Assembly: GCF_963921235.1 (NCBI RefSeq)
Contig: NC_086128.1
Location: 26,660,001 to 26,724,000 of the forward strand
Length of the DNA: 64,000 nt
Source of the DNA: Mobula hypostoma
Taxonomy: Eukaryota
Reading direction: 5' to 3'
The notes under the pieces: generated by a model
The model's input: only the letters and a program-made list of their open reading frames with translations
Told to the model about the DNA's origin: nothing
The model's database searches: none
Made by a program: the position numbers and the translations under genes
Part shown: positions 1 to 13,293 of the stretch, in pieces
Layout of the letters: every line of letters begins with the position of its first letter
How positions within the stretch are numbered: position 1 is the first letter of the stretch

Positions 1-324
1 TGGCAGCAATTTGCCCCGGATGCCTCAGAGACGTCTGTCTGCCTAGTGCTGGTTCATTTATGGGTACTAGTCTTTTGGAAAAATACAAGGGCTTTGGAAA
101 GCATGCAAGAGAGGTGTACCAGAACTGGAACTCACAATTTATTGAAACCACCAAGACAGGAGACCATTTGATCCACTGGGTAAAGAGATTCCTAGCCCAG
201 CCCCTACTTTTCCCACTGATTCCATTGTCCTGTTTAAATATGGGGAGGGAGTCTCTGCTGCCTCCACTACTGAGTGTTCTGGAGGAAACATTTTACCTCA
301 CCCCCCCCCCACCCAGTTCCTCCA

Positions 325-800
325 TAGTCAAACAGCGTGGAAATCAAGCCCTTTGGCCTAACTGGTCCATGCCAACCAAGAATCCCATCTAAGTCAGTCT
401 CATTTGCCAACATTTGGCCCATATCCTTTTGAATCTATGTACCTGTCTAAATGTCTTTTAAATATTGCAATTGTACCTGCCTCAACCACTTCCTTGACAG
501 CTTGTTCCACACACCTGCCACCCTCTCGATGTAAAAGTTACCTCTCAGGTCCCCTTTAAATCTTTCTCCTCTCACCTTAATCCCATATCCTCCAGTTTTA
601 GATTCCCTTATCCTGGAGATCTTATGCATGCCACTCATGGTTTTATATCTATCAGGTCATCCCCTCAGCCTCTCACTCCAGGGAAAACAGTCCCAGCCTA
701 TTCAGTCTCCTCTTATAACTCAAACTCTTTAATCCTGGTAACATCCTTGTAAATCATTTCTGTACATCATACACCTTAATGTCATCCTTCCTACAGCCAT
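325..800 (-). mobile_element. CR1-type LINE 3' fragment
   Basis: KVRGERFKGDLRGNFY..RVAGVWN motif typical of CR1 ORF2 C-terminus. Confidence 0.8.
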
Positions 801-1699
801 TGCATGGAGCATATTGTGTGCTACTTCCTGCTGAATTTGTTTCACACATCCCTCCTTCTGCAACTGAAGACTGACTTGCACCTTTCTCTTAATGCAGGAA
901 CATCAACCTGCTGATTTCCTCCAGCAATTAGTTGTTTTTTGGGGGCAGATTCCAGCAGCTGCGGTCTCTGCCTGCATTTTTCTCTTTCCGACAAAGGCTT
1001 GCAGACCCAAACAACTGCTTCTTTCCATAGGTGCTGCCTGATCTGTTGTGTTTTTCCAGGATTTTCTGTTAGTTTCACATTTCCGGCCCTCACCATCTGA
1101 AACATACCCTCTTCTCATTATTACCTTCAAGGAGGAGGAGTAGGAGCCTGAAGACACACACTCAACAGTTTAGGAAACAGCTTCTTCTCCTCTGCCATCA
1201 GATTTCTAAACAGTCCGTGAAACCATGAACACTACCTTGCTATTCCTCTTTTACACTATTTATTTGTTTTTACTGTAACTTACAGTAATTTTTTTATGTC
1301 TTGCACTGTACTGTTGCCACAAACCAAAAAAGTTCCTGACATATGTCAGTGTTAATAAACCTGATCCTAATCTGTAGTTCATCATTGATACTGAGACTGT
1401 GATCTCAAGTACTAGACATCGCAGCCAGGGGGAACATCAAACCCATATCCACACCCCATCTATCCATCATCCCTCATCCACCGATCACATACCAGCAGGG
1501 CTGTTAAGAAGGTTAATGGTGTGTTGGCCTTTATTAGTCGGAAGACTGAGTTCAAGAGATATGATGTAAACTCTGGTTAGACCACTCTCAGGGTATTGTG
1601 TTCGGTAGTTGTCGACTCATTATAAGGATGTGGAAGCTTTAGAGAGGGCGCACAGATTTACCAGGATGCTGGTTGGATTAGAGACCATGTCTTATGAAA

Positions 1700-3375
1700 T
1701 AGTAGGGGACAGTGGGTCCAGTGAGATGGAGGAACTGAGCGAAATACATGTTAGTAGGGAAGTGGTGTTAGGTAAATTGAAGGGATTAAAGGCAGATAAA
1801 TCCCCAGGGCCAGATGGTCTGCATCCCAGAGTGCTTAAGGAAGTAGCCCAAGAAATAGTGGATGCATTAGTGACAATTTTTCAAAACTCGTTAGATTCTG
1901 GACTAGTTCCTGAGGATTGGAGGGTGGCTAATGCAACCCCACATTTTAAAAAAGGAGGGAGAGAGAAACCGGGGAATTATAGACTGGTTAGCCTAACGTC
2001 GGTAGTGGGGAAACTGCTGGAGTCAGTTATCAAAGATGTGATAACAGCACATTTGGAAAGCGGTGAAATCATCGGACAAAGTCAGCGTGGATTTGTGAAA
2101 GGAAAATCATGTCTGACGAATCTCATAGAATTTTTTGAGGATGTAACTAGTAGAGTGGATAGGGGAAAACCAGTGGATGTGGTATATTTGGATTTTCAAA
2201 AGGCTTTTGACAAGGTCCCACACAGGAGATTAGTGTGCAAACTTAAAGCACACGGTATTGGGGGTAAGGTATTGGTGTGGGTGGAGAATTGGTTAGCAGA
2301 CAGGAAGCAAAGAGTGGGAATAAACGGGACCTTTTCAGAATGGCAGGTGGTGACTAGTGGGGTACCACAAGGCTCAGTGCTGGGACCCCAGTTGTTTACA
2401 ATATATATTAATGACTTGGATGAGGGAATTAAATGCAGCATCTCCAAGTTTGCGGATGACACGAAGCTGGGTGGCAGTGTTAGCAGTGAGGAGGATGCTA
2501 AGAGGATGCAGGGTGACTTGGATAGGTTGGGTGAGTGGGCAAATTCATGGCAGATGCAATTTAATGTGGATAAATGTGAAGTTATCCACTTTGGTGGCAA
2601 AAATAAGGAAAACAGATTATTATCTGAATGGTGGCCGATTAGGAAAAGGGGAGGTGCAACGAGACCTGGGTGTCATTATACACCAGTCATTGAAAGTGGG
2701 CATGCAGGTACAGCAGGCGGTGAAAAAGGCGAATGGTATGCTGGCATTTATAGCGAGAGGATTCGAGTACAGGAGCAGGGAGGTACTACTGCAGTTGTAC
2801 AAGGCCTTGGTGAGACCACACCTGGAGTATTGTGTGCAGTTTTGGTCCCCTAATCTGAGGAAAGACATCTTTGCCATAGAGGGAGTACAAAGAAGGTTCA
2901 CCAGATTGATTCCTGGGATGGCAAGACTTTCATATGAAGAAAGACTGGATGAACTGGGCTTGTACTCGTTGGAATTTAGAAGATTGAGGGGGGATCTGAT
3001 TGAAACGTATAAGATCCTAAAGGGATTGGACAGGCTAGATGCAGGAAGATTGTTCCCGATGTTGGGGAAGTCCAGAACGAGGGGTCACAGTTTGAGGATA
3101 GAGGGGAAGCCTTTTAGGACCGAGATTAGGAAAAACTTCTTCACACAGAGAGTGGTGAATCTGTGGAATTCTCTGCCACAGGAAACAGTTGAGGCCAGTT
3201 CATTGGCTATATTTAAGAGGGAGTTAGATATGGCCCTTGTGGCTACGGGGATCAGGGGGTATGGAGGGAAGGCTGGGGCAGGGTTCTGAGTTGGATGATC
3301 AGCCATGATCATAATAAATGGCGGTGCAGGCTCGAAGGGCCGAATGGCCTACTCCTGCACCTATTTTCTGTTTCT
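1700..3375 (+). mobile_element. Young 5'-truncated CR1 LINE (RT domain), nested in an older CR1 (1497-1699 + 3376-3780)
   Basis: [37 protein letters not shown] motifs; ORFs 1609-2853 and 2357-3289 joined by one frameshift near 2600; TTTCTATG-type tail. Confidence 0.92.
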
Positions 3376-3961
3376 ATGAGGATAGGTTGAGTGGGCTAAG
3401 GATTTTCTCTTGAGAGCAACAGAAGCTGAGAAGTGACTTGATAGAGGTGTACAAGATAATAAGAGACATAGATTGAGCAGACAGCCAGAGCCTTTTACCC
3501 AAAAGGCTAACACGAGGGCATAATTTTAAGGTGATTGTAGGAAAGCATAGGGGGATGTCAAAGGTAAGTTGTTTTACAGAGTGTGGTGAATGCATGGAAC
3601 ACCCTGTCAGGGGCAGTGGTAGAAGCAGATACATTAGGGACATTTAAGAGACTCTTAGATAGGCACATGGATGAAAGATAAATGGAGGGCTATGTAGAAG
3701 GGAAGAGAGTAGGTTAAAAGGTCGGCACAACATCGTAGGCTAAAGAGCCTGTACTGTGCTGTAATGTTCTTTATTCCTATGCTCACTCTCTCAGTCCTAA
3801 TGCAGGATCTCATTCCAAAACATCAACTATTCCTTTCCCTCCACAAATGCTGCCTGAACCAATGAGTTCCTCCAGCAGTTTGATTTAAAATCAATGTGTT
3901 ATCTTTAAGGAAGATCACCTCCCTTTTTCAGCTCAGCAGAGAACAGGCTCAGTTTACTTAA

Positions 3962-4503
3962 ACATCAGGAATTCTGCAGATGCTGGAAATTCAAGCAACA
4001 CACATCAAAGTTGCTGGTGAACGCAGCAGGCCAGGTAGCATCTCTAGGAAGAGGTCCAAATTGAGAGGCTCGGAAACGAATCCTAAAGCCAACTGGAGTA
4101 AGTTGGCGATGGAGGCACGTTCCAAGAAAGGATATATGGCTGTGATAGCGAGTCTGAGTCAAAATGTGGTCGAAAAGTTGAAGAGCCGAAGAAATGACAG
4201 ATGGGGAGCAGTGAGAGATGGTTTCACTGATCTCCCGTCGAAGAGAGGATCTAAACTCCTTCGGTGTAGGCATCACCGGAAGAGGCTTCGCAGCAGTGAA
4301 TTTAAAAACACAAACAACAGGAATTCTGCAGATGCTGGAAATTCAAGCAACACACATCAAAGTTGCTGGTGAACGCAGCAGGCCAGGCAGCATCTCTAGG
4401 AAGAGTCCTGACGAAGGGTCTCGGCCTGAAACGTCGACTGTACCTCTTCCTAGAGATGCTACCTGGCCTGCTGCGTTCACCAGCAACTTTGATGTGTGTT
4501 GCT
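3962..4503. mobile_element. Penelope-like element fragment with direct + inverted terminal repeat copies and 13-bp TSD
   Basis: TCAGTTTACTTAA at 3949-3961 and 4504-4516; ~85-bp repeat at 3967 and 4319, inverted copy 4444-4503; hammerhead motif; ORF N-terminus on - strand (SHISFLGTCL..LTPVGF). Confidence 0.8.
4404..4440 (+). ncRNA. Minimal type-I hammerhead ribozyme motif (Penelope-associated)
   Basis: AGTC CTGACGA A GGGT CTCG GCCT GAAAC GTC GACT; core intact, stem II closed by G-U. Confidence 0.75.
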
Positions 4504-4631
4504 TCAGTTTACTTAACCTCTGCTCACAGGAGAAAACCTCTATCCCAATCTGAACCTTCATTGCACTCCCTCCCTTGCATGTCTATATTGTGGTAAGTGC
4601 AGAGGACAGACTGGTACATAATATTTGAGAC

Positions 4632-4965
4632 AGACACCCATAGTGGCACAGCTAGAGAAGCTGCTGCCTCTTAGCCCAAGCAGGCTGGCTTTGATCCCAG
4701 ACCACGGAGCTGTCTGTGTGGAGCAGTCATGGTCTGTGACCCTGCGGGTTTCCTCTAACAACCCAAAAATGTGCAGCTGGTAGGTTACTATGCTACTGTA
4801 AATTGTGCTTAATGTATAGGTGAATATCAAATCTGGCTGGAGCTGATGTGGGCATGGAAGGATAGGGTAGAATATTTTTACGATTAATGTAAAAATTTGT
4901 GGTTTGTTGGTCAGACACTGTGGGCTGAAGAAGAGCCTGTTTCCGTGCTGTATCTTCCTATGACA
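4632..4965 (+). mobile_element. Degenerate tRNA-derived SINE (HE1/V-SINE-like)
   Basis: GTGGCACAGC A-box-like head, GTCTGTGTGGAG...GCGGGTTTCCTC core, CR1-like tail GCCTGTTTCCGTGCTGTAT. Confidence 0.6.
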
Positions 4966-6582
4966 CCATGTGGTGTTACCAGGGAGAAGGAGAGGGAGAG
5001 AGGGGGACTTACTTGCAGGGATTCACATCCCTCTGAAAACTAGCACCTTTCAATCTCATATCTACTCTGATTCCTTTCTATTCTGTGAGGACAGCACCAC
5101 AAGGATACATCCAAGGATCTTCAGTGTACCAGCTCAGGACAGTAAAACTTGGGACCACAAGCATCAGGTCCAAGCAGGAAACATTCATTGGCTTCTGGAT
5201 GAGAATTAATAGCTCGTGGGCAAACATAAAGCTTGGATGGTTCATACCTTGGCTTACTTCTCTACCCACTCTCCATCCAGGACCAGGTATAGTGGAAAAC
5301 CTCTTATCTAGCTTCTGCTGAAACAATGTAATAAACATTAAGCTATTGGGGGATCAAATACAGTCAGAAATTTGCAGACTACACCAAGACCTGGGTCATA
5401 TTGGACAGTGAGGAAGGCAATCAAAAGACCTGGGAATACAGATCCATAATTCCTTGAAGGTGCCGTCACAGGTAGACAGGGGTGGTAAAGAGACCATCTG
5501 GCACATTTGCCTTCATAAGTCATGGCACTGAGTACAGGAGTTGCAATGTTGAAGTTGTATAAGATGTTGGTGAGGCCAAATTTGGAGAACAGTATTATGT
5601 ATAGTTCTGGTCAACTACCTACAGGAAAGATATGATAAGCTTGAAAGAAAGCGGAGAAAATTTACAAGGATGTTGCAAGGATTTAATTGACCTGAGTTAT
5701 AGGGAAAGGTTGAATAGGCTACAATTTTATTAACTGGAACTCAGGAACATAAGACACAGGAGCAGGAGTCTGCCATCTAGGCTAACAAGCCTGCTCCACC
5801 ATTCAATAAGACCATGGCTGTGGACTCAGCTCCACCTACCTGCCTTTTCCCCAATAACCCTTAATCTTGCTATTCAAGAACTGTGTCTTAAATATATTTA
5901 ATGATGTAGTCTCTACAGCATCCCTGGGCAGAGAATTCCAGATTCACTACTCTCTAGAAAAAGCACTTCCTCCTCAACTCCATTCTATTTCCCTGAATCC
6001 TGAGACCATGTCCCCTTATTCTAGTCTCACTCACCAGTGGAAACAACTTTCCTGCCTCTATCTGATATATCCTTTTCTTTCATAATTTTATATCTTTCTA
6101 TAAGATCCCTTCTCATTCCAGTGTGTATAGTCCCAGGTGACTCAATCTCTTCACATCTCCAGAATCAACTTGGTGAATTTCCTCTGCACCATCTCCAAGG
6201 TCACTATATTACAGAACTGCATGCAGTATTCCAGGTGTGGCCTCACCAGCATCCTGTACAGTTGCAGCATAACCACCCCTCCTTAAATTCAATCCTTCTA
6301 GCAATAAAGGCCAACATTGAATTAGCCTTATTGATAGCCTGTTGGATCTGTAGACCAACCTTCTGTGGTTCATGAATCCTTCTGCACAATAGCATGCTGC
6401 AATCATTTAATAATCTGATCTTCTATTTCCCTTCCAAAGTGGATGACATTGCATTTACCAATGTTTTATTCCACCTGCCAGACCCTTGCCAATCACTTAA
6501 CCTATCTATATCTCTCTGCAGACTCTGCACATTCTCCACAATTTGCTTCTCCACTCAGTTTAGTGTCATCAGCAAACTTAGA

Positions 6583-9500
6583 TAGAGAAACACAGAAACC
6601 CTACAGCACAACACAGGCCCTTCGGCCCACTTTAGAAATTACCTAGGGTTACCCATAGACCTCTATTTTTCTAAGCTCCATGTGGCTTTCCAAGAGTCTC
6701 TTAAAATACCCTATCGTATCTGCCTCCACCATCGTCGCTGGCAGCCCATTCCACGTACTCACGGCTCTCTGCGTAAAAAACATACTCCTGACATCTCCTC
6801 TGTACCTACTTCCAGGCACCTTAAAACTGTGCCGTCTCGTGCTGGCCATTTCAGCCCTGGGAAAAAGCTTTTAAACTCAATCCCCCGACTGATGAAGGCC
6901 AATGCACCGTATGCCTTCTTAACCACAGAGTCGACCTGCACAACAGCTTTGAGTGTCCTATGAACTCGGACCCCAAGATCTCTCTGATTCTCCATACTGC
7001 CAAGAGTCTTACCAGTAATACTATATTCTGCCATCATATTTGACCTACGGAAATAAACCACCTCACACTTATCTGGGTGAATTCCATCTGCCACTTCTCA
7101 GTCCAGTTTTGCATCCTATCGATGTCCCACGGTAACCTCTGATAGCCCTCCACACTATTCACAACACCGCCAACCTTTGTGTCATCAGCAAATTTACTAA
7201 CCCATCCCTCCACTTCCTTATCCAGGTCATTTATAAAAATCACGAACAGGAGTCCCAAAACAGATCCCTGAGGCACACAACTGGTCGCCGACCTCCATGC
7301 AGAATATGACCTGTCCACAACCACTCTTTGCCTTCTGTGGGCAAGCCAGTTCTGGATCCACAAAGCAATGTCCCCTTGGATCCCATGCCTCCTTACTTTC
7401 TCAATAAGCCTTGCATGGGGTACCTTATCAAATGCCTTGCTGAAATCCATATACACTACATCTACTGCTCTACTTTTATCAATGTGTTTTGTCATATCCT
7501 CAAAAAATTCAATCAGGCTCGTAAGGCATGACCTGCCTTTCACAAAACCATGCTGACTCTTCCTAGTCATATTCTGCCTCTCCAAATGTTCATAAATCCT
7601 GCCTCTCAGGATCTTTTCCATCAACTTACCAACCACTGAAGTAAGACTCACTGGTCAATAATTTCCTGGGCTATCTCTACTCCCTTTCTTGAATAAGGGA
7701 ACAACATCCACAACCCTCCAATCCTCCAGAACCTCTCCCGTCCCCATTGATGATGTAAAGATCATTGCCAGAGGCTCAGCAATTTCCTCCCTCGCCTCCC
7801 ACAGTAGCCTAGGGTATATCTTGTCCGGTCGGGGAGACTTATCCAACTTGATACTTTCCAAAAGCTCCAGCACATCCTCTTTCTTAATGTCTATCTTCTC
7901 AAGCTTTTCAATCCGCTGCAAGTCATCCCTACAATTGCCAAGATCCTTTTCCATAGTGAATACTGAAGCAAAGTATTCATTAAGTATCTCTGCTACATCC
8001 TCCAGTTCCATACACACTTTTCCACTGTCACACGTGATAGGTCCTATTCTCTCACGTCTTATCCTCTTGCTCTTCACATGCTTGTAGAATGCCTTGGGGT
8101 TTTCACTAATCCTGTTTGCCAAGGCCTTCTCATGGCCCCTCCTGGCTCTCCTAATTTCATTCTTAAGCTCCTTCCTGCTAGCCTTATAATTCTCTAGATC
8201 TCTATCATTACCTAGTGTTTTGACCTTTCGTAAACTTTTCTTTTCTTCTTGACTAGATTTACAACAGCCTTTGTACACCATGGTTCCTGTACCCTACCAT
8301 CTTTTCCCTGTCTCATTGGAATGTACCTATGCAGAACACCACGCAAATATCCCCTAAACATTTGCCACATTTCTGCTGCATATTTCTCTGAGAACATCTG
8401 TTCCTAATTTATGCTTCCAAGTTCCTGCCTGATAGCCTCATATTTCCCTTTACTCCAATTAAACGCTTTCCTGACTTGTCTGTTCCTATCCATCTCCAAT
8501 GCTATGGTAAAGGAGATAGAGTTGTGATCACTATCTCCAAAACGCTCTCCCACTGAGAGATCTGACACCTGACCAGGTTCATTTCTGAAAACCAGCTCAA
8601 GTACAGCCTCTCCTTTTGGGCTTTATCTACATATTGTGTCAAGAAACCTTCCTGAACACACCTAACAAACTCCACCCCACCCAAGCCCCTTGCTCTAGGG
8701 AGATCTCTCACCATGACAACCCTGTCATTATTACACCTTTCCAGAATCTGTCTCCCTATCTGCTCCTCGATGTCCCTGTTACTATTGGGTGGTCTATAAA
8801 AAACACCCAGTAGAGTTATTGACCCCTTCCTGTTCCTAACTTCCACACACAGAGACTCAGTAGACAATCCCTCCATGATGTCCACCTTTTCTGCAGCTGT
8901 GACACTATCTCCAATCAGCAGTGCTACGCCCCCACCTCTTTTACCTCCCTCCCTGTCCTTTCTGAAACATCTAAAGCCTGGCACTCGAAGTAACCATTCC
9001 TGCCCCAGAGCCACCCAACTCTGTAATGGCTACAACATCATAGCTCCCAGTACTGATCCACGCTCTAAGCTCATTAACTTTGTTCATGATGCTTCTTGCA
9101 TTACAATAGACACACATCGCAAACCATCAGTCTGAGCGCATCCCTTCTCTATCACCTACCTATCCTCCCTCTTGTACTGTCTCCAAGCTTTCTCTATTTG
9201 TGAGCCAACCACCCCATCCTCTGTCTCTTCAGTTCAGTTCCCACCCCCCAGCAATTCTAGTTTAAACTCTCCCCGATAGCCTTAGCAAACCTCTCTGGCA
9301 GAATATTGGTCCCCCTCGGCTTCAAGAGTCAACCCATCCTTTTTGTACAAGTCACGCCTGCCCCAAAAAAGGTCCCAATGATCCAAAAATCTGAATCCCT
9401 ACCCCCTGCTCCAATCCCTCAGCCACACATTTATCCTCCACCTCATTCTCTTCCTATACTCACTGACGTGTGGCACAGGCAGTAATCCCGAGATTACTAC

Positions 9501-10330
9501 CTTTGAGGTCCTGCTTCTCAACTTCCTTCCTAATTCCCTGTAGTCTGTTTTCGGGACCTCCTCCTTTTTCTTACCCATGTCATTGGTACCAATTATGTAC
9601 CACGACCTCTGGCTGTTCACCTTCCCACTTCAGGATATCGTGTACGCGATCAGAAACACCTCGGACCCTGGCACCTGGGAGGCAAGCTACTATCTGTGCT
9701 TCTTTCCTGCGTCCACAGAATCTGACCCCCTAACTATACAGTCTCCTATTACTGCCTTCCTCTTCCTTTCCCTACCTTTCTGAGCCACAGGGCCAGACTC
9801 TGTGCCAGAGGTACGGCCACTGTTGCTTCCCCCAGGCAGGCCATCTCCCCCAACAGTACTCAAACAGGAGTACTTATTGTTAAGGGTGACAGCCACAGAG
9901 GTACTCTCTAGTATCTGACTCCTGCCCTTCCCTCTCCTGACTGTTACCCACTCATCTGTCTCCTAAGGCCCCAGTGTGACTACTTGCCTATAGCTCCTCT
10001 CTATCACCTCCTCACTTTCCCTGACCAGATGAGGGTCATCGAGCTGCATCTCCAGTTCCCTAATGCGGTCCCTAAGGAGCTGTGCCTCGACGCACCTGGT
10101 GCAGATGTGGCCGTCCGGGATGCTGGGAGTCTCCCAGACTTCCCACATCTGACACCGAGCACAGAACACCAACCTCACACACATACTTCCTGTTTCTATT
10201 CTACACAAGTAACGTACCTCACCTTGACCGGTTATCGCTGAAGTCCCATTGAGCCAAACCCAGCTACTCTGTCTACCTCTATTCCAACACCCGCTCTAAA
10301 AGCTGTCTTCTTTTTAAATTCTTCCCGCTA
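6583..10330 (-). mobile_element. Near full-length degenerate CR1 LINE (ORF1 zinc finger + esterase, ORF2 APE endonuclease + RT) nested in another CR1 (5750-6582, 10335-10930)
   Basis: CARCQMW...CTRC, AVIGDCIVRG, IGTNDMG (ORF1); RKDREGGKRGGGVAL, GVFYRPPNS (APE); [20 protein letters not shown] (RT); multiple frameshifts. Confidence 0.9.
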
Positions 10331-13110
10331 CACTCAGTCCCATCTTCCAGATCAATAATGTATATTGTGAACAGTTACGGGCCTGGCATAGATTCCTGCA
10401 GCACACCGCTCACCAGAGAAACAACCATTTGTCCCAACTCTGCCTTCTAGTGGTTAACCAATCCTCTCCCCGTGCTAATACATTACCCTCAACTTCGTGC
10501 ATCCTTACTTTATAGCTAAGTCTTATGTGGCAACTTATCGAATGATCTCAGGAAATCCAAATATACAATATCCATCTGTACCCCTCGATCCGCTGCACTC
10601 AATATATTCTCAAGGAACGTTTGGTAAATTTGTCAAACAGGACCCGCCCTTGCTGAATCCATGCTGCAACTGCCTGATGGAACCACTTCTATCCATTTGT
10701 CTCATTATTTTTCCCTTAATGATAACCTAGCATTTTCCTGAATAGATTTTAAACTAACCGGCCATTTGCCTGCTTAAACTAAGCCATGACATTTGCTGTC
10801 TTCCATTTTGCCAGAACCTGCCCAGAAAAATTTTGGTAAACTTATCAGATACATCTACTATAACTTCCATTTCTTTCTGGGCCCTTGGATTGATTCCTTC
10901 AGAACTAGGGAACTTTGCTACCTTTAGAAGAATGAGCAGAGATTTTATAGTTAAGCAAAATGATGAGGGGAAAAGATAGGTTGAATGCATGCAGGCTTTT
11001 GCCAGTCAGGTTGCGTAAAATTAGAACTAGAGATCATAGGCTTAAGGTTGAAGGTGAAATATCTAAGGGGAAGCTGTGGAAGAACCTTTTTCACTTGAGT
11101 GGAAAAAACTGTCAGAAGCATTAGAGATGGGTTCAATTGCAACATTTAAGAGAAGTTTGGATAGGTACATTAAAGAGGAATGGAAGGATATGGTCTGGAT
11201 GTAGGTAGACTAGACAGGCCAAATCAGCATGGAATGGATGGGACAAAGGGCCTGTTTCTGTGATAACTTGATTATGCAGATTACTGTACAGAGCAATACG
11301 AATTGTGTGTTTATTACCCAGGAAAGCAAGGGTCAAAGCCCAAATACACTGCACAAGCAGCAAATCTATGTAAATGTTTACCACTTAAGCAGGTGAACAA
11401 AAGGGATGCAGTCAAGATACAGAACATCCTAGAACCACAAAGCAGAAATTGACTCAGTGGGTTCTTGCTTCGTCCTCAATAATCATAACCTACAGCCCAC
11501 CCACAGACTTTTGCCCTCATGGAAGAATAAACAATGCCACTAACATTGCAAGCCCTGGCTCTGTGAGTCAAGGGCACACTGATGTGGAAGGAGGAGACTA
11601 AGAACGGGAGCCTGGATTCAGGGCACTACTTCAAACTGGTGCCCAGGCCTCCCTTCACAAAGCATCCCTGGCCTCTTCCCAAGTTATGAATGGCCATATA
11701 AGCACAGAAACAGGCCATTCATCGCAATTGGTCTAGACCAACAGTCTAAGATTGGTCGCAATCTCAATTTGGCCTACATCCCTCTGAACCTTTGCTACCC
11801 ATGTACCATTCAAGAACTTTTTAAATATTGTCAATGCACCTGCCTTAACCACTTCTTCTGTGGCAGCTCATTTTCTGGGTGAAACAAAATCTCATCCCTG
11901 GCTGCTATTAAACATGACTCCAGATGAAAGGTCTTCACCAAAGCATCAACTGCCAAAATAAAACTGAGCATTCACCTTAATCACACCCCATGATAATATA
12001 CACCACTAAAAGGTCACTCTTGGTTTCCTAAACTCCAGTGAGAAAAGTCCAATCTGCTCAATCTCTCCCAATAACTTAATCACTCAATTCCTGGCAATGT
12101 CTTTGTAAATCTCCTCTGCAGTCTTTCCAGCTTATTGGTATTTCCCTATAGTAGGGTGACCAAAACTTCATACTCCAAATGTGGTCTAACATCTCGTACA
12201 ACTGCAATACAATCTCCCAACTTCTAAATTCAACGCCCAAACTGAAAGCCAAACTTTCTTCACAATTTTGTCTGTGACACCTCTTTCAGGGAATCACATC
12301 CTTATATCTTTGCCTCTTACATGCTAATGAACAAAGCTCCAGCCCACTCAACCCCTCCCCTCTACAATCTTCAGTCCCTCCACTCCATTGACATTAACCA
12401 TTCTTCCCTCCCCTCCCATAGGTGCTACCCGACCAGTTGAGTGTCTCCTGCCTCCATTCTTGATCCCAGCTTCTAGGGCTCATGTTACCCACTCTATTCC
12501 CCCAAGACTAGGCACCCCGGGCTCAATCTCCACAATACAGCTCAAAATCTATTCATGCTGGCCCCAACCTCCCTCTATAACACCACCCTCATATCCAGGC
12601 ACTCCACACCCAGAGGATCTGACTTTTTTTTGGAGAGGGAGAGGGGCTACTCTCTTATCCCTATCCAAGATCCAAGTCCCCATCATTCACCTCACCCCAG
12701 GCTCCCTTTTCTCCCCCCAACACTTCATTGAGGCTGCTCTACCCTCAAGAACTCCAAACGGGTGATGGCAACCTTGTTCCTTGACTATTCAATGACCACC
12801 ACCCCCACCCTCGCCCAAGAGTCCGATGGGACCCCACTCCTTCTCACCGCGAATCCGATCCCCAGCCAGTTCTTCTCTTTCCCGACAGCCCACTCAGATA
12901 CAAGGGAGGGAGCTGTTTCCTCCCATATCCCTGTCCCGGGTCATTCCCCCAGCCAGGATAATGCCTAGCTTCCCTCTCACCAAGGGGGGCTAAAGACTAA
13001 GGGGAGAGGGGGCTGCTCCTTCCCGTATCCTTGTCCGGGATAATACTGCCCCCGCCCAGCCCAGCCCCAGATTCCGTCCCTCGCCGCGGCCTAGCGCGCA
13101 CACACAAGGC

Positions 13111-13120
13111 CTGAGGATAC
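13111..13120 (-). other. U12-type (minor spliceosome) 5' splice site of CCNT1 intron 1
   Basis: Intron starts GTATCCTCAG on - strand (consensus RTATCCTY) exactly where cyclin T homology stops. Confidence 0.85.
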
Positions 13121-13293
13121 ACGCTGAGCCGCTGGCCCATATCCTGCAGTAGATTGGCAGTTTGCTGCCGGTACGACAGCTCCTTGTCCCAGTCCACGCC
13201 GCCCCGTCGCGACGGGCTGTCCTGCAGTTGCTGCCGGCTGAAGCACCAGCGACTGGCCGGCACTAAGGAACTCGAAGCAGCCGCTGCCGCCAT
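13121..13293 (-). CDS. CCNT1: Cyclin T1 coding exon 1 (rest of gene lies left of the window)
   Basis: [58 protein letters not shown] matches the cyclin T N-terminus; SPSRR, ELSYRQQ and NLLQDMG are T1-like rather than T2-like; ends in phase 2 at a GTATCCTC donor; KANSL2 adjacent as in human 12q13. Confidence 0.92.

Noticed and set aside
60-392. 110-aa ORF at window start
   Set aside because: No recognisable similarity, runs into a CR1 tail, lies antisense within CCNT1 intron 1
1609-3289. Programmed frameshift in an active RT gene
   Set aside because: 5'-truncated CR1 with no endonuclease; a single indel near 2600 is better explained by mutation or assembly error
13025-13032. GTATCCTT on + strand near the CCNT1 donor
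   Set aside because: Antisense to CCNT1 and upstream of KANSL2; no supporting exon
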